A program made the translations under genes and the position numbers. From Sulfolobales archaeon HS-7 (GTDB lineage Archaea; Thermoproteota; Thermoprotei_A; Sulfolobales; Sulfolobaceae), in assembly GCA_019704295.1 (NCBI GenBank), contig AP024596.1:1056001-1120000 (forward strand): 64,000 bases of DNA. The letters run 5' to 3'. Shown piece by piece: positions 44,212 to 57,624 of the stretch (its first letter is position 1; the number at the start of each line of letters is the position of its first letter). Below the pieces are notes generated by a model that was given only the letters and a program-made list of their open reading frames with translations, was not told the DNA's origin and searched no databases.

Positions 44212-45326
44212 TGTTTTTACACATATCCGATACACATCTCGGAAAAAGACCTTATGGAAAAACCGAAAGAGAGGGGGACATATACGATTCCTTTAAGCAG
44301 CTTGTGGACATAGCTATAAACGAAAGGGTCTCATTTGTAATACATTCGGGCGACTTCTTTGACGTTTATGAGCCATCTGCTATGGCATATACAGTTGCCA
44401 TTGAGAATCTGAAAAGGTTAAAGGAGGCAAACATCCCGTTCTTCGTAATACCAGGAAATCACGATCTTGCTACCATAAGAGGTAAGGGACTTCCATTAAG
44501 GGTGCTGGAGGTTGTTGGATTAGTAAAAGTACTTGATGGAAAGGAAAAGACAAGCGTTTTTTCTGGAATCAACATCTACGGGATAAAGTACTCCCCGACT
44601 AGGGAGGCATTTGTCAGCGAGGTAAAAGGTATTGTCCCAAGTGGGAAGTCCGTATTAATGATTCATCAGGGTCTTAAAGAGTACCTCCCTTTCAACGGTT
44701 CATATCAAATTGAGGAATCTGAACTCCCAAAGGGATTTACGTATTACGCACTTGGCCACGTGCACACACGTAAATATAAAAGGTTCAACGACGGTTCCCT
44801 GTTAGCCCTACCCTCATCTCCAGACATCCTCGATGTCAGGGAGATAGAGGATTACAGGAAGAACGGTAAGGGGGGATTTCTTGTTGATTTGAGCAAAGAC
44901 GAACCCTATATTCAACAGGTTAACGTTGACGTAAGGGAACAACTTCTAATATGGGTTCGAAAAGAAAATATTAAAAGCGAAATAGATAAGGAATTAGCTA
45001 GCGTATCTTCCAAGAAGTTACCCCTCATCCACCTCATACTTCACGGCGAACCCATAGAGCCCAAACTTCTAACGTCAGTAATGAAACAGTTTTCGGACAG
45101 GATTTATTGGTGGAGGGTAGAAAAGGACGAAACGGAAATTTCAAAGGATATCAAGCTCTTTGGAGACACGTCCCAGGAAAACGTTACATCACTTACAAGA
45201 AAATACCTTTTAGCTCAGGGATATACAGAGGAAGAATCTAACGCAATAATAGACCTGATCGAGAGTGCAGAAGATGAAGAGGAAAGTTACGCCAAGTTAA
45301 AACGGTTCCTCGGGATCCAAAAATGA
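44208..45326 (+). CDS. mre11: Mre11 nuclease
   Basis: SDTHLG, GDFFD, GNHD, HQ and LGHVH phosphoesterase motifs. Confidence 0.96.
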   Translation: MMFLHISDTHLGKRPYGKTEREGDIYDSFKQLVDIAINERVSFVIHSGDFFDVYEPSAMAYTVAIENLKRLKEANIPFFVIPGNHDLATIRGKGLPLRVLEVVGLVKVLDGKEKTSVFSGINIYGIKYSPTREAFVSEVKGIVPSGKSVLMIHQGLKEYLPFNGSYQIEESELPKGFTYYALGHVHTRKYKRFNDGSLLALPSSPDILDVREIEDYRKNGKGGFLVDLSKDEPYIQQVNVDVREQLLIWVRKENIKSEIDKELASVSSKKLPLIHLILHGEPIEPKLLTSVMKQFSDRIYWWRVEKDETEISKDIKLFGDTSQENVTSLTRKYLLAQGYTEEESNAIIDLIESAEDEEESYAKLKRFLGIQK

Positions 45327-47965
45327 TACTGGTTAAGTCCATAACCCTTAACAATTTTCTAAGTCATAAACAAAATAAGGTTGAGTTCGTCGGAGGAATT
45401 AATGTAATTGTAGGTGAAAACGGGGCGGGAAAGAGTTCTATCATGGAGGGTATTCTATACGCTCTTTTCGGCGGATCTGCCCGGGGTCACCTAAAGGGAA
45501 AGACGGCGGATTTAATAAAAAAGGGAGAAAGACAGGGCTGGGTTCATCTAGAGTTACTCGATGAAAACGATACCTATATTATTCATAGAACGATTTCGGT
45601 TTCCTCATCCCATGTTACCGACACTCTTGCAAGTGCAAGAAAGGGACCGTTAGCTAGTAGTGCGCAAGCGATAACCCAAGAGATCACTAAAATTATGGGA
45701 CTCGACAAGGACACGTTAATGGATACAGTGTTTGTTAAACAAGGAGAGATGGAAAGCGTTATCGATAACCTAGGGAAAGTGTTAGAGAAAGTAGCGAACG
45801 TGGAGAATATAACAAAGTTGAGAAAGCAGGGGACTTTTAGGGAATTAAGAAAGGAGATTCAGGGCAGGTTAGAATACTTCGAGAAAATTACGGAAAACTC
45901 TAAGGAGTTGGAGAAGGAAATAGAGGATAAGGAATCCAAGGTAGTGAGGGAGAAAATTGCCATTGATAACTTCTCTAAACAGCTTGAGAGGGTAACAGAG
46001 GAGAGAGAGGAATTGGAGAAAAGAATAGTACCAATGAAGAAGGCAAGGGAAGAGTACATTTCATTAACTGGAAAGCGAGATACGATAAGACTGGAAATAA
46101 TTAGCCTCCTAAAAAAGTACTCTCTGGATGAGGAAAACTTAGACGTTGGGGAGGGAATGATTATCTCAAAGATGAAAGACGTTGGGAATTCATATGCAAA
46201 GGAAAAGGAGGTATTAGATGAACAAATTGCGAAACTAGAAAGAGCGGAAGGGGTGTTGAAGTTACTAGATGAATTAAGGAGGGAATCGAAAAGGCTAGAA
46301 GGCAATATCAAAGAAAGGGAGAAGAAATTAGTAGAATTAAAACAGAAATACGATAAGAAAATTAGTTTGTTTCCTAATTATAACAAGTACGCAGAGTTAA
46401 GGGAGAAAGCTAGGGTATTGGAAAAGGAATATCTAAACTTTGCAAAGGAAGATAAGATGATTAAGGAATTGAGAAAAAGGGTTGAACAGCGGAAAATCAA
46501 CGTAAATAACCTACGAGAGAAACTGTCAGGACTTGAGAAAAATGCGCAAGAGTTTAATTTGAACTTAATTAGAGCCGAGTCTGACAGGGTAATACAGGAG
46601 CTCAGTAATAACAGAACTGAATTAGTAAGGATTACTGACGCAATATCGAAATTGCAGAACACTACGGAAGGAAAATGTCCTGTGTGCGGAGCACCTATGG
46701 ATGAAGAACATAAGAAACAACTATTAGAGGAGTACGAAAAGAAGAAGGCTCTGTTACAGGGCAATATATTCCGACTGGAATCGGAAAAGAAGGAACTCGA
46801 GAATAAGATGAAAAAGGGTGACGACTTTGAGAGGCAAATTATTAAGGTAAGGGCAGAAATATCGCAAGCAGAGAGCGAACTCAGTAAAGAGGAAATCGAA
46901 CTGTCAAGCAGGGAAAAGACTCTTAAAGCTCTCGAGAGTAATGCGAGGGAATATGAGGGAATTAGGCAAGAGCTTTCCCGCCTCGAATCCGATTACAATG
47001 AGTACGTTAGTGTATCAAGCGTATCTGAGGAGGAGATAAAGGAAACGGAAATGAGAATTGAGGAGGAAAGGAGAGAATTTGAGGAGAAGAAAAACGAAAT
47101 AGTAAAACTTGAAAAGGAATTACAGGGTATAGAAAGGAGTGATATCGTAAAACTTCCTGAATTAAAGCAAAGGAAGGACTTCTTACTAGGTAAAATGAAA
47201 GAAGTTGATAATGATATCGATCGGTTTACAGATTTATTCAGGCAGTATAAGGAATTAATCAGGATGATAAATGTCATGAATTTCAATGAAGAGGAGTATC
47301 AGCAGACGGACAAGCAACTTTCCGAACTAGAAAAAAGAGAGAACGAATTGAAGTCCGAAATATATAAAAGGAAGTACCTCATTGAGAACGAGGAGAAGGA
47401 GATCTCCCAACTTAAGGACAAATTAATCAATACTAAGGAAGAAATTAAGGAGAAAGAGGTTTATGATAAGGCTCTAGGGAAGTTAAGGAAACTTGAAGAT
47501 GTTCTTTCTGACGAGAAACTACCTGCCTACTTAAAGCAAACAGTATCAAGAATACTAGAAAAGAAAGCGTACATGAACCTCTCTATGTTCGACATGCAAT
47601 TTTCATCATTAGCACTGGACGAAAGAAACGATTATCAACCATTACTTGATAAAGGTGACGGGTATACTATACCTGCGAGAAATTTAAGTGGAGGAGAGAG
47701 AGTTGCTCTCTCTCTATCGCTAAGGTTAGCCTTAGCTAGTTTACATAACAGTAGAGTGGGCTTTGTTATACTGGACGAACCCACGGTATTCTTGGATGAA
47801 ACAAGGAAAAGGGAACTGCTATCAGTGATCTTGAAGAGCAGGGAATTCATATCCCAAATAATAGTTGTTACTCATGACGAGGAGGTGGTGGAAGGGGCCG
47901 ATTCCGTAATTAAAGTTCGAAACTTAAACGGCAATAGCGAAGTCGTAAGGGAGGCTGTGGCATGA
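45323..47965 (+). CDS. rad50: Rad50 ATPase
   Basis: GENGAGKS, coiled coils, CPVC zinc hook, LSGGE, LDEPT and VTH. Confidence 0.96.
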   Translation: MILVKSITLNNFLSHKQNKVEFVGGINVIVGENGAGKSSIMEGILYALFGGSARGHLKGKTADLIKKGERQGWVHLELLDENDTYIIHRTISVSSSHVTDTLASARKGPLASSAQAITQEITKIMGLDKDTLMDTVFVKQGEMESVIDNLGKVLEKVANVENITKLRKQGTFRELRKEIQGRLEYFEKITENSKELEKEIEDKESKVVREKIAIDNFSKQLERVTEEREELEKRIVPMKKAREEYISLTGKRDTIRLEIISLLKKYSLDEENLDVGEGMIISKMKDVGNSYAKEKEVLDEQIAKLERAEGVLKLLDELRRESKRLEGNIKEREKKLVELKQKYDKKISLFPNYNKYAELREKARVLEKEYLNFAKEDKMIKELRKRVEQRKINVNNLREKLSGLEKNAQEFNLNLIRAESDRVIQELSNNRTELVRITDAISKLQNTTEGKCPVCGAPMDEEHKKQLLEEYEKKKALLQGNIFRLESEKKELENKMKKGDDFERQIIKVRAEISQAESELSKEEIELSSREKTLKALESNAREYEGIRQELSRLESDYNEYVSVSSVSEEEIKETEMRIEEERREFEEKKNEIVKLEKELQGIERSDIVKLPELKQRKDFLLGKMKEVDNDIDRFTDLFRQYKELIRMINVMNFNEEEYQQTDKQLSELEKRENELKSEIYKRKYLIENEEKEISQLKDKLINTKEEIKEKEVYDKALGKLRKLEDVLSDEKLPAYLKQTVSRILEKKAYMNLSMFDMQFSSLALDERNDYQPLLDKGDGYTIPARNLSGGERVALSLSLRLALASLHNSRVGFVILDEPTVFLDETRKRELLSVILKSREFISQIIVVTHDEEVVEGADSVIKVRNLNGNSEVVREAVA

Positions 47966-48882
47966 TAGGCGTAATGTATTCCAGATATATTGAGAGAGTT
48001 GACGAGATAAAGTTACAGATGGAAAACCTGGCAAATAGAACTGTTCGAGAGGAGGAAGAGAAAGTTAAGAACCTATGGATCAAGTATTATTCGAACGCAG
48101 ACGAATGTTCCGTGTTAGCAGTCGATGGAGGTCACTTTACATATGAGATTAGGAGTGGAGTTATTTACGCTATAGATGCTGAAGCGATAAGCTGGCGCGA
48201 TCAAGAAAAGATAGCATACCAGGATGGGGAGGTATCGATAATGAGGCCAGGAGAGGGAGCTAAAAAGAAGGTATCCCTTGAGATGGAAAGATTAGAAATA
48301 CTCTCCGCTCGTTCTGGGTATAATGGGGAGGATTTAGTCCTCATGGATGGAAGTATTGCCAGCGTTTTTAGAGTTGAAGAGGAGTTAGCTCAAGTCTATC
48401 AAAAGCTTCACGACGAGTTCAATAAACTAATAATACTGGCTAAAGACGTAGTATGGATATCGAAGAATTCCAGGTTAAGGCCTTTGTTTAAGTCAGAACT
48501 TTCAGATGTAACGTTACTCGAAATGTTAACGGAAACACCCGGTTTTACGAGACCCACGAGGAGGAAGGTGAATAGGAACAAAGCGCTTAACTCAGAACTA
48601 TGGGAAAAAATAGGAGGGGGTGCGTGGTTTACATACTTTAGACTTTCGAAGGGGGGACCGATATTAAAGCTCGAGTACCTTAATGAACTTACTGAGAAGA
48701 GGATAGAAAATATATTGAATTGTTTGTCTAAATACAATGTTCAGGGTTATCCCTACCCTCTTTTAAAAGTACATTACGATGTTAAGTTTACTAAGGGCGA
48801 TAAGTTAAGAATACTAGAGTCGCTGGGAGTCAAGGTAAAGAGAATAGCAAATTGGTGGCCGAGGCAACTATCCGACCTATAG
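47962..48882 (+). CDS. nurA: NurA 5'-3' nuclease
   Basis: AVDGG, LMDGS, ISK and GYPYPL..VH motifs. Expected operon position. Confidence 0.93.
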   Translation: MIGVMYSRYIERVDEIKLQMENLANRTVREEEEKVKNLWIKYYSNADECSVLAVDGGHFTYEIRSGVIYAIDAEAISWRDQEKIAYQDGEVSIMRPGEGAKKKVSLEMERLEILSARSGYNGEDLVLMDGSIASVFRVEEELAQVYQKLHDEFNKLIILAKDVVWISKNSRLRPLFKSELSDVTLLEMLTETPGFTRPTRRKVNRNKALNSELWEKIGGGAWFTYFRLSKGGPILKLEYLNELTEKRIENILNCLSKYNVQGYPYPLLKVHYDVKFTKGDKLRILESLGVKVKRIANWWPRQLSDL

Positions 48883-48932
48883 GAAACTTCTGACTAACTC
48901 ATTATGTGACCCTAATTTAAACGAGATCTACT

Positions 48933-49259
48933 TCAGGCTTGTGTCATTACATCGATAAATTTCTTATACCATTGCTCATATTCATTCCTTGTAATTACAT
49001 GTATCTCGAAGACCCTATTATTTATTGCTTCCATCACTATTTCCACGGTTCTGACCTTACTTTTTAGATCTATTCCTAGTGTATCGGATATAACTAAGAC
49101 GTCAATGTCGCTGTCTGGTCTGTAATTCCCCTTAGCTACGCTTCCAAAAATGTAAACCTCAGCTTCAGGATCGAGGAGCTTTACTAATTCCTTTATCTTA
49201 GTGAGAAAAGTGAGTAAATTATTGAAAGCCTCAGCCCTCTCTTTTGCTCTATCCATCAT
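48933..49259 (-). CDS. Minimal nucleotidyltransferase (MNT) antitoxin
   Basis: FGSVAKG..SDIDVL motif. ATGA overlap with the HEPN stop at 49256-49259. Confidence 0.9.
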   Translation of the reverse strand: MMDRAKERAEAFNNLLTFLTKIKELVKLLDPEAEVYIFGSVAKGNYRPDSDIDVLVISDTLGIDLKSKVRTVEIVMEAINNRVFEIHVITRNEYEQWYKKFIDVMTQA

Positions 49260-49633
49260 GAGGTCAAGCATCTTATAATCCCCGAGAATTTCTCCGCTAT
49301 TTCTACGGATCTCTCCGCATCCTCTTTAGTAAATTGAGTACCGAAGTATCTTCCCTGTGTGTAGGAGAAATAAATCACATACAGAAAATCCTTGTTCTTG
49401 GTTATAAATTCGCTAACTTCACACCTGCTTGAGTATAATTTATCTATATCCCTTAATAGAGCCAGGATATCATGTGTTTTGGGATAGTCACCAACTTTCA
49501 AGTAGATTAGAAATTTGCAGTAAAGCTGGATGTATTGTTCCACGTCAAACATCACTAGATTATAAAATCCCCTTCCGAGGTTATATTTGGCGTTATCGAG
49601 AAACTCCTCGGCCCTGTCCCTCAAGAAACTCAT
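49256..49633 (-). CDS. HEPN-domain protein
   Basis: EQ..QL..K, YPKTHDI and Y...RY motifs. Paired with the MNT gene. Confidence 0.9.
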   Translation of the reverse strand: MSFLRDRAEEFLDNAKYNLGRGFYNLVMFDVEQYIQLYCKFLIYLKVGDYPKTHDILALLRDIDKLYSSRCEVSEFITKNKDFLYVIYFSYTQGRYFGTQFTKEDAERSVEIAEKFSGIIRCLTS

Positions 49634-50071
49634 GAGGAAATTGACGTGCTTGACTAAATAATGCTATTGTAAAACATTACTTCAGCGACTTCCACTGTCA
49701 CGTCAAGAGGGTTTTGACTTTAACTGATCGTGTGTTCAGCGGCCGTAAATAAGGTTGGACTGCTAGGGACTATAATGCCCTTCCCCCCAACATTTTGAGA
49801 AGATCTAGGTGGTATCTCCGGTATCTCTAAAACCTTCAACTCTTAGCAGAAAGCTACCGGTAACTATTGAGTAAGCCGTACACAGTAGAGCGGAGTAGCT
49901 CGTCTAAGTCTAGTGAGGTAGTTCATACTTAGACGAATCGTCACTATTCACTAGTGATTCCAGAGTTTTTCTTTACCAAAAAGGAATAAGATAAAAGCTT
50001 ACTAAAATACTAACGAGAAGGTCATAGCCATCTTATACTAAGTTTTAAATATTACGCCATTAAACTTTTAA

Positions 50072-50314
50072 ATGATGGAAAACTACATCCCTTCCTTTAC
50101 GAACTGGTCTTTAGGAAGGGGAGGAAAGAATGCGGATTCTGTTGGCAAATACAATTTCTTAGGACAGGTTTCCGACAGGAGCTGGACTTTTTCAGCTAAC
50201 AAGGAGAAAGAGGGAAAGGATTGTTGTAATCGAACGGTTATAAGTTCATATAACAACGGCGTGCTTACTAGCAAAGACGTAATTTTATTAGAACAGGGGG
50301 TAAGCAATGGATAA
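50072..50314 (+). CDS. Small hypothetical protein
   Basis: TATA-like TTTTAAATA about 25 bp upstream. Overlaps the next gene. Confidence 0.45.
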   Translation: MMENYIPSFTNWSLGRGGKNADSVGKYNFLGQVSDRSWTFSANKEKEGKDCCNRTVISSYNNGVLTSKDVILLEQGVSNG

Positions 50315-50774
50315 CTTCAAGGAGTTGATCATATCATCTGCCCTTTCAACGATGATACAGGATTATCCACAAATCGAAAAGGAAGGAAAAGACAAAAAGG
50401 AAAGCTGTAGATATTATTATCGCGATTATTGTGTCTTATTTAGAGTTCGGGGGGACACGGTTTCAGTATGGACGTCTGGTGAAAGGATGGACCCCCATCC
50501 AGTTGTATGTTATGTATGTCCTTATTATTATTCTCATGATGAGGAGAAAGTTATAGACTTTTCATTGTCCGAATTATACATTTACTATTATAATCAGGAG
50601 AAGTCCATAGAGCGGGAACTGGAATGGCTTGAGGATAGGATAAAGAGAATTGGATCGATGGCGATACCAATAGGTTTAATTAGGAGAAGGGAGGGACTGC
50701 TCAGCACCTTGAACGATATGAGAAGTAAGAGAAGGATCGTAACAATTATAATGCGCCTATCAAGGAAAATATAG
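50307..50774 (+). CDS. Hypothetical Cys/His-rich protein with a C-terminal helical hairpin
   Basis: GGGGGT SD. CRYY...C..PHP..CxxC pattern. Confidence 0.75.
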   Translation: MDNFKELIISSALSTMIQDYPQIEKEGKDKKESCRYYYRDYCVLFRVRGDTVSVWTSGERMDPHPVVCYVCPYYYSHDEEKVIDFSLSELYIYYYNQEKSIERELEWLEDRIKRIGSMAIPIGLIRRREGLLSTLNDMRSKRRIVTIIMRLSRKI

Positions 50775-51016
50775 AAAACCATTTTGAGATTTCCGTACCT
50801 TACAAACAACTAACGTTAAATTCCCCTCGATCCTTGAAATCCACGATAAGTTATCCAGTAACAACAACCGTATATTGCTGTTTTCATTATTGAAACTTAT
50901 GATAATTAGGGATATAATGAATTATAACTTGGTGGGCGGTAACTATCTCACGAAAGCGTTAATCACGTCAGATGATCGGCAGGTGAGTTTTTAAATAGCG
51001 AAGTTATCTATTACTC

Positions 51017-51346
51017 ATGATCATATTTTACGCTATAGGGGAAAAAGAAAAAGCAAGAGAACTTGTTCGCGTTATAACTAAGACGAGGTGGAAGATAGTT
51101 TCAAAGCACGCCGTTAAGCTAGCTAGTTCCTCAATAGGTCCTACTGTGGTGATATTAAAGCCGACTAAAGCAGGTCTCGCTGTTGCTTTATGGCTTCATC
51201 AGAGGGCTAAGGAGATGGGCATGATAAGTTCGGTGGGATGGTTTACTCCTATAGAGGGAACTCCTGACGACGTAGCCATGGCTATACAAAACGACTTAAA
51301 AAGGAAGTTCATGGTTCCCTTGGAAGTTCCATGGTCTCCAAAATGA
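51017..51346 (+). CDS. Hypothetical protein (109 aa)
   Basis: TTTTTAAATA about 25 bp upstream of the ATG, suggesting a leaderless transcript. Protein-like composition. Confidence 0.75.
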   Translation: MIIFYAIGEKEKARELVRVITKTRWKIVSKHAVKLASSSIGPTVVILKPTKAGLAVALWLHQRAKEMGMISSVGWFTPIEGTPDDVAMAIQNDLKRKFMVPLEVPWSPK

Positions 51347-51785
51347 TATTTAACAATGATAATCCGATAACTACGACCGTAAACTCACAATAACCTTACG
51401 AATCGAGCCTTGTCTCGCCATTTCCTGCTATATGGGAAAACGCCTTTCCATTCATCCATAGTGTGAGTTCTATTGAATCGTTCTATAATGCCTCGTATGA
51501 AAGAGAGGTCAAGGAGATTTTCTCCACAGGCTTAAGTTGCCCAAGCCCCGAGGTTATGGACCAATATCCTTCAGCCTCGATCCTAGTAAATATTACCGCT
51601 TTTATGTTGGAAAACCTTTCTATAAGGGGACTAACTGTATCTCATGGGAGGGGGGACTTTCAGTCCCAAGCCCTTGATAAGTTAAAAATGAGGTATGTAA
51701 TATTTATCATCCCAGACTATATAATGCGTAATTTCCCCTATCTGAAGTTGCTAGAATAAAGGCCATCGAAAACAAACGGATGTAA

Positions 51786-52274
51786 TTATTGAGAAGATGT
51801 CTCAATCACTCTTCCTTTAGTTTTAGCGTCTAAATCTAAAACACCTATAACGGTGTCTTCATCTTCTTCAAGCTTAAACCCAAACTTTCTCCCTAGGGCA
51901 ATCATTGCTGCGTTTTCCAATAGCGTATAGAAGATCAATCTTCTCAGACCTAATTCCTTTGCTCGCTCTATTATCTTCTTCATTATTATGCTCCCTATAC
52001 CCATTCTTCTGAACTCAGCCCTTGTTACTAAAGAAAGCTCGCCAGATAAGTGCAAAGTTCCCTCTCCTGCGATCTTTCCGTTTACAAGAACTACAAAGGT
52101 GACATGATCTTTCCCTGTCGTCATTTTGATTGCATCGTTCTTAGAGAATTTGTAGAAATGGAAGAATCTTAGATATAAATCCTCAGTAGTTAAAGAACTG
52201 TAGAGTTCGTATATTAGCATCCAATCGTTCTCCGTAGCCTCCCTTATCTCTATATTGTCTCTTTGACATTCCAT
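51786..52274 (-). CDS. pat: Protein lysine acetyltransferase Pat (GNAT)
   Basis: LYSSL..EDLYLRFFH, R.MGIG and FYTL.EN..MI..GRK.GF, as in Sulfolobus Pat. Confidence 0.88.
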   Translation of the reverse strand: MECQRDNIEIREATENDWMLIYELYSSLTTEDLYLRFFHFYKFSKNDAIKMTTGKDHVTFVVLVNGKIAGEGTLHLSGELSLVTRAEFRRMGIGSIIMKKIIERAKELGLRRLIFYTLLENAAMIALGRKFGFKLEEDEDTVIGVLDLDAKTKGRVIETSSQ

Positions 52275-52509
52275 ATTTATATCTTACAATATGAGTTTAA
52301 ATAGATTTCCTATAATATATTACCGTCTAATAGCGTATGCATAGGGTTAATTTCCCTAAGTTCCCCGTTTCATCTTAATGAAGGAGAAGGGGATAAAAAC
52401 CAAACTAGGATTGGAAGTCCTCTTGGAGAGTATGGAAATTTAGCTATGTAGGTTACGTTCAAAAACTGCACGAAAACCTTTTAACCAAGGCAAAGTGAGG
52501 TAAAGTCAG

Positions 52510-55632
<3,123 letters not shown>

Positions 55633-55771
55633 ACACTCACTCAGGTGTAAATTATCTCGATTCAATTAAAAGCTTATTAGTTAAAATTGATTACATGTAA
55701 TAATTGTTTAAACATAGGTAGTGATATATTAATTCTGAGTCCGCCTACAAAGAAGTAGAACAGTTTATACT

Positions 55772-56362
55772 CTACGTTTTTTTCCTATACAGGGATACAT
55801 AATACAGTGGAGAATTGTTAGAAAGCCTAGGGTTTACATAATAGATTAGGTCAAAACCCTTAACCTTATCGTTATCCTGAATAAAAGACTGCTCATTCCA
55901 AAAAAGGTCTCCGTTAATGAAGAACGAATCCGCTTTCAATATATCGCGAACTCTTTGATAAGCGTCGAACCTTCTTTCACCCAGATTATGGAACACCAAG
56001 TTAGATATTGCTAAATCAAATCTCCCTAAAGTTTCACTCATCCCAAGGATATTTACTCTTTTAAACTCAACCCTATCGGAGAGTCCTAAAAGTTCCATAT
56101 TTCTCTTAGCTTTAACAATACTAGATTGCTCTAAGCTCTCATGACTAAAGGTGTCAATCCCCAATATGTCAGCGTTAGGGAAGTATTTAGCAGCTACATA
56201 TGAGAGAAATCCCAATCCACATCCTACGTCAAGTATCATTAAATGAGAACTCCTATCAACGCCCGTCCTCTGAAACAATACCGTGAATACTTGTTCGGCG
56301 TTCCCTCTTAGTTTCTCAGATTGTTCCCTGGTGCTATTATGGTAAATCCCGAAGTCGATCAT
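55772..56362 (-). CDS. Class I SAM-dependent methyltransferase
   Basis: LDVGCGLG motif I and FDLAISNLVFH. Confidence 0.88.
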   Translation of the reverse strand: MIDFGIYHNSTREQSEKLRGNAEQVFTVLFQRTGVDRSSHLMILDVGCGLGFLSYVAAKYFPNADILGIDTFSHESLEQSSIVKAKRNMELLGLSDRVEFKRVNILGMSETLGRFDLAISNLVFHNLGERRFDAYQRVRDILKADSFFINGDLFWNEQSFIQDNDKVKGFDLIYYVNPRLSNNSPLYYVSLYRKKT

Positions 56363-56373
56363 TGAGATGCCTT

Positions 56374-57069
56374 TTACGACTTTAATCTGTTTCCCCCGTC
56401 AAGCGGAACGACAACTCCGTTTACCCACTCACTATCCTCACTAAGTAGCCATATCGTTACTTTTGCAAAGTCCTCAGGGGGTGCTTTAGGATCCCCAAGG
56501 TTTCTTAACTTCCTGTAATCCCTATTTGGAACGAAATCTCCATCAATCCAGCTAGGAGCGACTCCGTTAACCCTTACTCCTCTGATAAGGAACTCCGATG
56601 CTGCCTTTTCAACTAGCTTTGCCGTACCAGCCATGGCTACAGAATACGACATCGCATCCTCCGAGGTAAATAACCCCCTCATTGATGAAACTAATACAAT
56701 GGACCCGCCCCTTCTTATGTTATTAGCTAAAGCTCTCATGCAGTTTATGGGAACTTTAACGTGATTTGTTAGCATTTCCTCTAGTCCAGAGGGATTCTCA
56801 ATACTATCTTCTACGTATCCTCCTACGGCAATTACTACGCCATCGAGTTCGCCGACTCGTTCCGAAAGTGTTTTACATCCTTCATATGTTGAAACGTCGG
56901 CCGCTATATACGTGGAATTCGGAACCTTTGAGGAAATGTCCTTTAACTTAATTTCGTTTCTTGAATTGAGAATTACGCTCGCCCCTTCCTTAGAGGCTAG
57001 ATAACCCAGGGCGAATCCAAAGCCTGTGCTAACCCCTAAAATTAGAACTCTCTTTCCGTTAAGAAGCAT
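56374..57069 (-). CDS. Short-chain dehydrogenase/reductase
   Basis: GVSTGFG, VSS and VRVNGVAP motifs. YSVAM replaces the usual YxxxK. Start moved to 57069. Confidence 0.85.
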   Translation of the reverse strand: MLLNGKRVLILGVSTGFGFALGYLASKEGASVILNSRNEIKLKDISSKVPNSTYIAADVSTYEGCKTLSERVGELDGVVIAVGGYVEDSIENPSGLEEMLTNHVKVPINCMRALANNIRRGGSIVLVSSMRGLFTSEDAMSYSVAMAGTAKLVEKAASEFLIRGVRVNGVAPSWIDGDFVPNRDYRKLRNLGDPKAPPEDFAKVTIWLLSEDSEWVNGVVVPLDGGNRLKS

Positions 57070-57102
57070 GACTCTATAAGCCTTAAAGGAGTAAAAAAAC
57101 TT

Positions 57103-57624
57103 GTGATAATCGAGAGCATATTCGCTCGAGGTCACCATAACGTAACTGCCCTTCATAAAACTACGATGGAGGTAACCAGGGAGGAAAACCTTTCATTAAG
57201 GGGGGATTGTATAGTCGGGGTAAGGAGCGAGAAGGGGGCTAAATCTCTCTCAGTGGAGTTGAAGCAGACTATCAGAAATAGCGGTCATCTCGTCGTCCTA
57301 CTTACAAGCGACGAAGCCTTTGATTTCTTTACGTGTATGGGAACGCGGGAACTCCCGTTTTCTGACGAGACTAAGATCATCTTCAGGAAATCGTCCTTTA
57401 TATCCCCTGCAACAGTGGGGATCAGGTGTTCAAAATCCGCTGGAGATCTCAACAGGGAACTTATCTCTAACCTGAAAAACGGGAAACCCCTTACGGTTCA
57501 TCTTTTAGCATTTACTGCACAGCCTGAAGATGAAGAGGTCCTTAGAGTATTCATTGATCTTCTTCCAGGAACTAACGTTAAATCCCTCAAGGATCGGTTT
57601 CTTGCCGAGAAAGTAAACGCATAG
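57103..57624 (+). CDS. DUF371-family protein
   Basis: ARGHHNVTALHKTTMEVT, RGDCIVGV and FRKS motifs. Confidence 0.85.
   Translation: MIIESIFARGHHNVTALHKTTMEVTREENLSLRGDCIVGVRSEKGAKSLSVELKQTIRNSGHLVVLLTSDEAFDFFTCMGTRELPFSDETKIIFRKSSFISPATVGIRCSKSAGDLNRELISNLKNGKPLTVHLLAFTAQPEDEEVLRVFIDLLPGTNVKSLKDRFLAEKVNA

Noticed and set aside
45800-47500. Purine-rich repetitive-looking DNA
   Set aside because: Explained by the Glu/Lys-rich Rad50 coiled coil.
51463-51759. 98-aa ORF
   Set aside because: GTG start with no promoter, SD or motif. It may be a decayed remnant.
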